IMG/VR virus record: IMGVR_UViG_3300034684_000299
Span: 1-64,000 of that record
Length of the DNA stretch: 64,000 nucleotides
DNA from: a virus
Strand: one strand, 5' to 3'
Shown piece after piece: positions 37,688 to 46,286 of the stretch (positions are counted from its first letter, which is position 1; every line of letters starts with the position of its first letter). A program made the translations under genes and the position numbers. The notes beneath the pieces were generated by a model. The model saw only the letters and a program-made list of their open reading frames with translations. It made no database searches and was not told the DNA's origin.

Positions 37688-40600
37688 TTCTAACCGGATA
37701 TGCTGAAAAAACGAATGAAGAGTTTAAAAGTGCCATAGAAAGAAAAATAAAAGAAATGTTTCCCATACAAGCTGGAGACAGAGAAATTGTACTTGAAAAA
37801 TTAACAGTCACTGAACCAAAAGAAGCCTATGATGCCGCTGCTTTTGAACAGAAAAAGCTTAATCTTTCATCTATTTCTTTTGATGTCAGTATGAATTTAA
37901 AATTGAGGAACACAAAAACCAACGAAACTATAGATTCTAAAGTTATAAAATTAAAGATTCCTGCTGCTACTATTAAGAACGATTTTTTGGTCAAAGGTAA
38001 CGAGTATGTAATACCAACACAATTGCGATTGAAACCGGGAATATACACTAGGCGAAAATCAAATGGCGAATTAGTTGCTGAATTTAAAATGGAAAAGGGT
38101 GAAAACTTTAAAATAGTTCTCGACCCTAATAAAAACGCGTTGAGAATTGATCAACAGGGCAGACAAATTAAATTGATACCTTTCTTAAAAGGAATGGGCA
38201 TAACAGAAGAACAAATGCGTAAAGCATGGGGAAATGAGGAGTTCAATGTTCTGAATCAAGTTGATGGTCAAGGTGATCCCCAAAAAGAAGTTCAAAAAGT
38301 AATGGAAAAGGACTTTTCTAATAGATACAGATGGTTATGGGAAGATATAGACCCTAATCTTCCACCAAATGAAAAAGTCAAAAAATACATGGAGAAAACA
38401 GAGTTAGATAGTAAAATAACGAATATCACACTTGGGCAAGAAATAAGTAAAGCAGATGTCAACGCTATTTTAGCTGCCGCCGCTAAATTAATTCAAATTT
38501 CTAAAGGTGAAGCAAAAGAATCAGGTATGAGTTCTATAGTTTACAAAAAAGCTCATAAACCATACCATCATATCGAAGAAAAATTAGACGATATGAAAAA
38601 TGTTTTGAACAGTACTGTGAAAAAAAGAATGTTGCAATTCGATGATTTACATAAAATAATCTCCCCTAGTTATACACAAAAGATATTTGATAATTTTTTT
38701 CTTACCTCTTCGGCTTCACAGTTAGCAGACCAGCCTAATGTGATTGGACTTTTATCTAACATGGGAAAAGTTACTCTAACAGGAGAGGGAGCTATTGAAG
38801 AAGATAGAGCTGTAACTGAAGCGGATAGAAGTGTAGACCCTTACCATTTTCTTTTTTTAGACCCTGTACATACACCTGAATCTGAAAAAATTGGTTCTAA
38901 CCTCTTTGCTACAATAGGTTCTCTTGGCTCGATTACAAACGATACGAGTCAGGAATTAAAAAGTGTTTTTTATAATTTAAAAACAGGGCAAAATGTAACA
39001 TTAGCTCCTATCGATGTGTATGATAAAGTTGTTGCTTTTCCAAATGAAATCGAAGGTAAAAAACCAACAGGCAAAACGGTAAAAGCACTTCATAAAGGTG
39101 AAATAAAAAATGTCAAAGATACAGAAGTTGATTTAATCCCTTTAAACGCATCTGAAATGTTTGATTTTTCTTCAAATTTAATACCATTCTTATCTTCAAT
39201 AAATGGAAATAGAGCTATGATGGCTTCAAAACATCTAACTCATGCTATTCCTTTAGTAGACCCAGAACCACCTTTAGTTCAAAATATTGTACCAAATACA
39301 TCTAGAACCTTTGAGAATACAGTAGGTTCTGCTGTAAGTATGTTTTCTCCTGTGGATGGTACGGTTGTTTCTGTTTCCGATAAAAATATAAAAATTAAAG
39401 ATAATAAAGGAAAAATTTACAATGTATCTTTATTGGATTATATTGAAACAGGTGAAAGTACCTTTTTGAAACATATTCCTGTTGTCAAAAAGGATGATAA
39501 AGTTAAAAAAGGACAATTAATAGCAGATTCCAACATGTCCAAAGGTGGTACCTTAGCAATCGGTAAAAATTTAAAGGTTGCTTATGCTCCATACAAAGGA
39601 TTTAACTATGAAGATGGCATAGTAATTTCTGATACAGCTGCTAAAAAATTAGCTTCTGAACATTTATATAATTTTAAAATAGAAATTCTTCCTGGCATGG
39701 TATTTGATAAAAACAAATTCCGTTCTTATTTTCCTAATGAATATACAACACAGCAGTTAAACAATCTAGATGATACAGGTATAGTAAAAAAAGGAACAAA
39801 ATTGAAATATGGAGACCCAGTAGCAGTTTTATTGAAAGAGCGTTCTCAATCAATCCACGAAAAATTAATAGGTGATTTGCATAAACAATTGATGTCTCCG
39901 ATGATAAATGCTTCTGTTGAATGGGACAAAAACGCAGAAGGAGAAGTAGTAAGAGTTGTTAAATCTTCTTCATTAATACAGGTTATGGTAAGAACAGTCG
40001 AACCCATTGTTGCTGGAGATAAAATAGTTGGAAGACACGGTAATAAAGGTACCGTGGCACAAATAGTACCTGAAAAAGATATGCCTGTTGATGAAAGTGG
40101 AGAACCTATAGAAGTAATATTGAACCCTGCTGGTATACCATCGAGAATCAATCCTTCACAAGTTTTAGAAACGGTAGCAGGTAAAATAGCTAAAAAAACG
40201 GGTACACAATATAATATAGAAAATTTCAAACCAAATACGAATTATTTGGAACAATTAAAAACTGATTTGAAAAAATATAATTTAAAAGATACAGAGTATT
40301 TAACTGATCCAAATCTTGGTAAATTAGAAAAACCTGTATTGACAGGATATCAATATATGGTAAAACTTCCCCAACAAGTTGAAGTTAAAACTAATATAAG
40401 AGAAGAATGGGGATACGATGCAGATAAAAGGCCTCTAAGAGGTAGTCAAGAAGGTGGAGGATCAAGGGCATTGGACCCTCTTACCGCTTATTCTTTAATA
40501 GCTCACGACGCAAGAGCTAATATGAGAGAAATGGCTACGTATAAAGCGGAGCAAAATGATGAATTCTGGTTGGCAATAGAAAACGGACAAATTCCACCTG

Positions 40601-43600
40601 CTCCTAAACCCACATTTGCTTTCAATAAGTTTGTTGGTTATTTGAAAGGGGCTGGAATTGATGTAACAAAATCTGGCAATAATTTACAATTAGCCCCTAT
40701 GAAAGATAAAGACATCTTGTCTATGTCCAATGGAGAAGTCAAAAAACCAGATACGTTGAAAGCATACAATTTAACACCTGAAAAAGGTGGAATTTTTGAT
40801 GTTGACGTATTAGGCGGATTACAAGGAGATAAATGGGGACACATAAATTTGGTAAGTAGTATACCAAACCCAACTTTTGAAAGGCAAATCAAAAAAATAC
40901 TTGACTTGTCTTCTAGAGAATATGAACAATTGCTTAAAGGGGAAAAAGGCGTAGATAATAATGGAAATATTGTTGATAAAAATCAGGCCACTTATTTTGC
41001 CGGTGATGCTTTTAAAAAATTATTGTCTAAAATTAATCCAGATCAGGAATTAAGAAAAATACAAGAAACATTAAAGCAAAACGATAATTTACGACCAGAA
41101 GAAATAGATTCTTTAATGTACAAAGCTAAAATCTTTAGAGGTATGAAAGAAACTGGGACCAAACCTGAAGATTATGTAATTAGTCATATACCAGTTATAC
41201 CACCTAAATATAGACCGGTGTACCCTTCACAAGACGATAAGTTTCTTGTAGTTTCACCAATTAATCATTTGTATAAAGATACATTATTACTGAATAATCA
41301 AATAAAAGATGCTGAACAAAGTAAAACATTAACTAAAGAAGAAGAATTAAAATTAGTAGGTGATTTATATAATCAAGTAAAAGCTTTAGTCGGAATTGGT
41401 TCACCTCTCCCTGGCACTCAATCTTCAAAAGAAGGTGCCTCTGGAGCTTTAGAATTTTTAGCTGGAACTCAAAGCCCTAAAAGTGGATATTTTCAATCCA
41501 GACTATTCAGTAAAAGGCAAGAATTGTCTTCGACAGCCGTTATACAGAATGGACCTGATTTAAATTTAGATGAAGCAGCTATTCCCGAAGAGGCTCTTTG
41601 GAATTTGTATAGACCTTTTTTGATAAAGAAACTTCAAGAGAATGGATACAACATCAAAGAAGCTAAAGAAATGATAAAAAATAAAGACCCAATGGCAAGA
41701 AAAATGTTAGAAGAAGAGATTGAAAGTAGACCTGTTTTGTTAAACAGAAGTCCTTCATTACATAAATTTTCCGTTATGGCATTTAAACCTAAAATTACAC
41801 AAGATCAAGTAATAAGATTAAATCCTAATGTTGTAGCAGGCTTTAATGCTGACTACGATGGCGACAGTATTTTTTCCTCTGTTTATGCGGCTTTTTTCAA
41901 CGACGACCAAGATACTCAAAATTATAAATTATTAGGAGAAAACGATATGCCATTTGAAGAATTATCCTTAAGAACAACGTTTGGACTAATTAATTTAAAG
42001 GATTTTCCTAGAATTGAAAAAAGCAAAAGGGTAGAAGGCAACAAAGAAATTTATAAAGTTCCTAAAAATGTAAGGATTTTGGCTTCAAAAGATGGAAAAA
42101 CTGGATATTATCCAATTGAAAGTTTCAGTATACATAAAAATCTAGAAATGGTAGAAGTTAAAACCAACACGTCAAGAACCATTCATTGTTCTAAAGACCA
42201 TTCCCTAGTAACGGTGGATGAAAATCTCAACTATATCAATCATGTTCCAGAAAAATATCTAACTATTCCTAGATTGAGGAAACCTGTTGATACTTACACT
42301 GCCGAACATATTGTTCTTGAAGATAAAGGAGAAAGTAATTATAATTTTAATTTTAAAATTCCTTTAGACGAAAAATGGGGTTATGTTAATGGCGTGTATA
42401 TAGGTGATGGTTGGGTAGATCATATCCAAAGTAAATATAGCATGAATTTAGCCAATGTATCTGAAGAATTATTTAAAGAAATCCAAAATATTTTTAATAG
42501 TTATATTAATGATGAAAACAAGATACATTTTTACATCAAAAATAATCCACATGATTTCGATGGATTTAAAAGTTTTTCAAGAAAAATAACATGGCATTCA
42601 AAAACTTTTCACAATTATTTTAGTTCTTTAGGACATAGAGCTCAAAACAAACATTTGCCAGAATATTGGCTTATTGCTCCTGAAAATTTTAAATGGGGTT
42701 TGTTGGCTGGTTTAATAGATACTGACGGGACAATAAGTTATAATCAGACAGAAAACGGCATTCAGAGAATGTGTATAAATTATTACACAACTTCCAGAAC
42801 TTTAGCTTATGAAATAGCTGCATTAGCTGCAAGTTTAAATTTAACAGCTTCAGTATCTCCAACATTCACACCCAAAGGAGAAGAAGCTTGGACAATTATA
42901 TTTAGTCAAGAATCAATTGTAGATATACAAAATAAATTAAATTTACGTGTTGTTGATAAAAAAGAAAAATTGCAAAAGTATATTCCTAACAAAAATTTTG
43001 CACGTAATAAATATACTCCTAAATTAAGCAAATCTAGACTAAATGAATTGAGAAAAGCAATAGGATCTCCTAGATTAAGGAATAGAAAAGGTGAGTTAAT
43101 AACGGAAGATCCTATTGAACAGTCTAAAATAAAACACAAAAAAAGTTTGAATGTAATCTGTACAAGAGTATCCAATAACAATACTGCTTTAACCAAACAA
43201 ACAGCTTTAAAAATTTTTGATTTGAATTTAGATATATTTGAAAAAGATCCTTTCTGGAAAAAATGGAAAGAGATGGTATTAGATGAAAATATTGAATGGG
43301 AATTAATTACAGATATAAAACCTATACCAGAGATAACTGAAGCTTATGATTTAACAGCAGGACCTTTGTATACTATGATTACAGAAAATGGGTTTATTGT
43401 TCAAGATACAATGGCCATCCATGTTCCAGTAACTGAAGAGGCCAGACAAGAAGCTTTACGTATGACACCTTCAAAAAACCTATTCAGACCTGGAAGTAAA
43501 ACTCTTATGAATACATTGAGATTAGAATACAATGGAGGTATTTATAATTTAACAGCCCCTCCTGAAAATGATAACGTACTTCCTATTCAAGTAGGAGATT

Positions 43601-45519
43601 ACAAAACATTATTTGAACAATTAAGAAATAATAAGGTTAAATACAACGATTTAGTAAAATTCAATGGCAAAGTTTCGACTGTAGGCAGGCATTTAGTAAA
43701 TGAATTGTTCCCTGAGAAATACAGAGATTACAATAACCAATGGAATGGAAAGAAAATAAATAGTACATTGGAAGCTATTGCAAAAGAAAATCCTGATAAA
43801 GCTGTAGAAATATTGAATAGATTAAAAGAATTATCTAGATATGCTATGTACAAAATACCAATAACCGTATCTTTGAATGATCTAGAAATTCCAGAAGCAA
43901 AAGCAATAAAAAATGAAATAAAAAAAATTGACTCATCTTCTAACAAATCGAAAGAAGAAATTATCAAAGAATTAAATCAAGTAGATAATCAAGTTTCAAA
44001 AATGATAGATGAACTATCTAAAAAAAAGGCTAATGAAAACGCATTTTTAATGATGAAAGATTCAGGAACAAAAGGCTCAACTTCGCAAATAAAACAATTA
44101 TTAATAGGACCTGTCAGTGTACAAAATAGTTTTGGTGAAACAATACCAATAGCATTAGGTAATAGTTATTCTGAAGGATTAACACCTGCCCAATATTTTG
44201 CAGCCTCATACGGAGCTAGAATGGGTATGTTAGCTAAAAAATTGGGTGTATCTGAACCTGGAGCTTTAAATAAGGAAATATTAAATTCTGTATCAGACCA
44301 AATAGTTTCTCAATACGATGATCCAAACAATCCAGGTATACCCATTAAAATATCAGAAGAAGATGAAAAAGATTTAGTAGGAAGAGTTTTAGCTAAAGAC
44401 GTATTGGATGAAAGAGGCAGAGTATTAATAGCTAAAGGTGAAATTTTAACACCTCATGCCTTATCATTAATAAAGAATCATAAAATAGATTATATAAATA
44501 TAAAATCTCCTCTTACTGATACTACACCAATAGGTTTAAGTGGCACAAGTTTCGGTTTAGATGAAAATAGTAGAATTCCAAGTATAGGAACTAATCTAGG
44601 TGTTAAACAGACACAAGCTATAACAGAACCATTATCTCAAGGAGCTTTAAACTTTTTTCATACAGGTGGAGTTACTTCTACAGATTCAACAATGTCCACA
44701 TATGAAGCTATAAATACAATGACCAAATTAACAGAGACATTTCAAAGCAAATCAGCAGTATTATCGCTAGTAACTGATACAGTTGAAAAGATAAACAAAA
44801 AACCGTTAGGTGGTTATGAAGTAACAATAGGTGGAGTAAAACATGATATCCCTACAGGATTAGAACCAAAAGTCAAAGTGGGAGATAAAGTTAAAAAAGG
44901 TGAACCCATTTCTACTGGAATGGTTCATCCTGAAGAAGCTTACAAAGCAAGAGGATTGCCTTATGCTGAACAAATTATGGCTAAACAGTTCAGAGATGTT
45001 TTAAAACAGGATCTCAATATAGATTCCGCAAGTATAGAAACATTGGTTAAAGGATTGATTTCAACTGCACAGATATTAGACCCAGGAAATCATGCTGATG
45101 AATTCAAAATTGGTGATGTTGCCAACAGTCAATATATAGATTATTTGAATAGAAAAGATACCCTCACAACCAAAAAAGTAAATTCAGATTTAATAGGTTG
45201 GGTTGTTGGGGATAATTATGGTTATATAAATATAGGAACACCAATTGACGAAAATATATTAAAAGAGTTACAAGAGATGGGATTAAAAGAAATACAAGTT
45301 TACAAGCAAAATATAAAGTTTCAACCGATAATCAAAGGAACAACGGTTTTACCACATAAAAAGTTTGATTGGTTACATAGAGCTACATTCAGAAACCTCA
45401 AACAAGTATTTCCAGAAGAAGCTGCTTTTGGTGGTAAAGCTAATATTCATGGACCAAGTCCATTGACAGCATGGACATATGGAGCTGAAATAAGGAAAGA
45501 TGAAAAAGGGCAATATTAA
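37684..45519 (+). CDS. rpoBC: Fused beta-beta' multisubunit-type RNA polymerase with intein (2611 aa; about 2097 aa spliced)
   Basis: beta motifs DPVHTPES, NLIPFL..NRAMM, GFNYEDG, GDKIVGRHGNKG, LNPAGIPSRIN; beta' motifs GEVKKPDT, PVIPPKYRP, LLNRSPSLH, NADYDGD, bridge helix ASYGARMG, trigger loop QAITEP..FHTGG. Confidence 0.95.
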   Translation: MILTGYAEKTNEEFKSAIERKIKEMFPIQAGDREIVLEKLTVTEPKEAYDAAAFEQKKLNLSSISFDVSMNLKLRNTKTNETIDSKVIKLKIPAATIKNDFLVKGNEYVIPTQLRLKPGIYTRRKSNGELVAEFKMEKGENFKIVLDPNKNALRIDQQGRQIKLIPFLKGMGITEEQMRKAWGNEEFNVLNQVDGQGDPQKEVQKVMEKDFSNRYRWLWEDIDPNLPPNEKVKKYMEKTELDSKITNITLGQEISKADVNAILAAAAKLIQISKGEAKESGMSSIVYKKAHKPYHHIEEKLDDMKNVLNSTVKKRMLQFDDLHKIISPSYTQKIFDNFFLTSSASQLADQPNVIGLLSNMGKVTLTGEGAIEEDRAVTEADRSVDPYHFLFLDPVHTPESEKIGSNLFATIGSLGSITNDTSQELKSVFYNLKTGQNVTLAPIDVYDKVVAFPNEIEGKKPTGKTVKALHKGEIKNVKDTEVDLIPLNASEMFDFSSNLIPFLSSINGNRAMMASKHLTHAIPLVDPEPPLVQNIVPNTSRTFENTVGSAVSMFSPVDGTVVSVSDKNIKIKDNKGKIYNVSLLDYIETGESTFLKHIPVVKKDDKVKKGQLIADSNMSKGGTLAIGKNLKVAYAPYKGFNYEDGIVISDTAAKKLASEHLYNFKIEILPGMVFDKNKFRSYFPNEYTTQQLNNLDDTGIVKKGTKLKYGDPVAVLLKERSQSIHEKLIGDLHKQLMSPMINASVEWDKNAEGEVVRVVKSSSLIQVMVRTVEPIVAGDKIVGRHGNKGTVAQIVPEKDMPVDESGEPIEVILNPAGIPSRINPSQVLETVAGKIAKKTGTQYNIENFKPNTNYLEQLKTDLKKYNLKDTEYLTDPNLGKLEKPVLTGYQYMVKLPQQVEVKTNIREEWGYDADKRPLRGSQEGGGSRALDPLTAYSLIAHDARANMREMATYKAEQNDEFWLAIENGQIPPAPKPTFAFNKFVGYLKGAGIDVTKSGNNLQLAPMKDKDILSMSNGEVKKPDTLKAYNLTPEKGGIFDVDVLGGLQGDKWGHINLVSSIPNPTFERQIKKILDLSSREYEQLLKGEKGVDNNGNIVDKNQATYFAGDAFKKLLSKINPDQELRKIQETLKQNDNLRPEEIDSLMYKAKIFRGMKETGTKPEDYVISHIPVIPPKYRPVYPSQDDKFLVVSPINHLYKDTLLLNNQIKDAEQSKTLTKEEELKLVGDLYNQVKALVGIGSPLPGTQSSKEGASGALEFLAGTQSPKSGYFQSRLFSKRQELSSTAVIQNGPDLNLDEAAIPEEALWNLYRPFLIKKLQENGYNIKEAKEMIKNKDPMARKMLEEEIESRPVLLNRSPSLHKFSVMAFKPKITQDQVIRLNPNVVAGFNADYDGDSIFSSVYAAFFNDDQDTQNYKLLGENDMPFEELSLRTTFGLINLKDFPRIEKSKRVEGNKEIYKVPKNVRILASKDGKTGYYPIESFSIHKNLEMVEVKTNTSRTIHCSKDHSLVTVDENLNYINHVPEKYLTIPRLRKPVDTYTAEHIVLEDKGESNYNFNFKIPLDEKWGYVNGVYIGDGWVDHIQSKYSMNLANVSEELFKEIQNIFNSYINDENKIHFYIKNNPHDFDGFKSFSRKITWHSKTFHNYFSSLGHRAQNKHLPEYWLIAPENFKWGLLAGLIDTDGTISYNQTENGIQRMCINYYTTSRTLAYEIAALAASLNLTASVSPTFTPKGEEAWTIIFSQESIVDIQNKLNLRVVDKKEKLQKYIPNKNFARNKYTPKLSKSRLNELRKAIGSPRLRNRKGELITEDPIEQSKIKHKKSLNVICTRVSNNNTALTKQTALKIFDLNLDIFEKDPFWKKWKEMVLDENIEWELITDIKPIPEITEAYDLTAGPLYTMITENGFIVQDTMAIHVPVTEEARQEALRMTPSKNLFRPGSKTLMNTLRLEYNGGIYNLTAPPENDNVLPIQVGDYKTLFEQLRNNKVKYNDLVKFNGKVSTVGRHLVNELFPEKYRDYNNQWNGKKINSTLEAIAKENPDKAVEILNRLKELSRYAMYKIPITVSLNDLEIPEAKAIKNEIKKIDSSSNKSKEEIIKELNQVDNQVSKMIDELSKKKANENAFLMMKDSGTKGSTSQIKQLLIGPVSVQNSFGETIPIALGNSYSEGLTPAQYFAASYGARMGMLAKKLGVSEPGALNKEILNSVSDQIVSQYDDPNNPGIPIKISEEDEKDLVGRVLAKDVLDERGRVLIAKGEILTPHALSLIKNHKIDYINIKSPLTDTTPIGLSGTSFGLDENSRIPSIGTNLGVKQTQAITEPLSQGALNFFHTGGVTSTDSTMSTYEAINTMTKLTETFQSKSAVLSLVTDTVEKINKKPLGGYEVTIGGVKHDIPTGLEPKVKVGDKVKKGEPISTGMVHPEEAYKARGLPYAEQIMAKQFRDVLKQDLNIDSASIETLVKGLISTAQILDPGNHADEFKIGDVANSQYIDYLNRKDTLTTKKVNSDLIGWVVGDNYGYINIGTPIDENILKELQEMGLKEIQVYKQNIKFQPIIKGTTVLPHKKFDWLHRATFRNLKQVFPEEAAFGGKANIHGPSPLTAWTYGAEIRKDEKGQY
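41866..43407 (+). mobile_element. Intein with LAGLIDADG homing endonuclease (514 aa, Ser1...Gln-Asp / +1 Thr)
   Basis: Removal joins NADYDGD to TMAIHVP (cf. NADFDGDQMAVHVP); block B CSKDH, GVYIGDG, LAGLIDTDG, block F AYDLTA..NGFIVQD. Confidence 0.9.
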
Positions 45520-46195
45520 AGTTTCAAGAAAGGAGGAAAAGTGTTTCGACACTTATAATAATATGATAAAAAAAGAATTTGTAAAAACAGCAAAATCACA
45601 TGGTGCTTTAATGGGAGGAGCCGCTGATATAATGGCTGGTATGCCTCTTCAAATTGGTTCAATAAAATCCCAACAAAAGACTCAGCAAAAACTTACAGAT
45701 TTAAATACAATTTACCAAATAACAACGGGTAGTGATTTGGTAGAGGATTTAAGTAAGTATCAGAAACCACGAGGTGGAGGAATATTGCGTTCCATTGGTT
45801 TAATAGGTGGAACATTAGCAGGTGCTGCTCTTGGAGGTAAAGTTGGAGGTACAATAGCTACAAAATTTATGAAAGATGTTCCAGCTAAAAAAATAACTAG
45901 TAAGTTAATAGGTGCTGAAACTACTAAACAGTTTGGTGAAATAGCAGGTAGTTCTATAGGATCTAATGTAGCTAGTTTTACAGATACAGCCATCGATAAA
46001 AGAAGTATCAATAGAGCAAAACGAAATTTAGAAAGAGATACAAATATAGACCCTGTAAAAAAGGATTTACTAAATAAAGCGTTGGACTTGCAAAGAGAAT
46101 CAGCAAAAAAATACGATGTCGTAGATACTATAGATTTATTCTCCTCACCTATTATTCAAAATACTACTTTCAAACTAAGAAGTCGTTTTAAATAA
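45500..46195 (+). CDS. Glycine-zipper membrane-like protein (probable start ATG 45563)
   Basis: IGLIGGTLAGAALGGKVGG and GEIAGSSIGS; FVKTAK motif near N-terminus. Confidence 0.65.
   Translation: MKKGNIKVSRKEEKCFDTYNNMIKKEFVKTAKSHGALMGGAADIMAGMPLQIGSIKSQQKTQQKLTDLNTIYQITTGSDLVEDLSKYQKPRGGGILRSIGLIGGTLAGAALGGKVGGTIATKFMKDVPAKKITSKLIGAETTKQFGEIAGSSIGSNVASFTDTAIDKRSINRAKRNLERDTNIDPVKKDLLNKALDLQRESAKKYDVVDTIDLFSSPIIQNTTFKLRSRFK
45529..45562 (+). promoter_or_regulatory. SD-hairpin-AUG initiation site (gene 45563)
   Basis: AAAGGAGG, stem AAGTGT-TTCG-ACACTT 45539-45554, ATG 45563. Confidence 0.6.
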
Positions 46196-46231
46196 TATTG
46201 GCTCTCCCAACGAAAAACTTTTTTGACATAA

Positions 46232-46260
46232 TTGCAATTTCCTTCTTTTTATGATATAAT
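46232..46260 (+). promoter_or_regulatory. sigma70/sigmaA-type promoter upstream of dnaG
   Basis: TTGCAA-N17-TATAAT with TGn. Confidence 0.7.
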
Positions 46261-46286
46261 TTCATAAAAAGGAGGATTTTTTTATT

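Noticed and set aside
46223-46228. TTGACA as the -35 of the dnaG promoter
   Set aside because: It is 26 bp from TATAAT; TTGCAA at 46232 gives the canonical 17-bp spacing.
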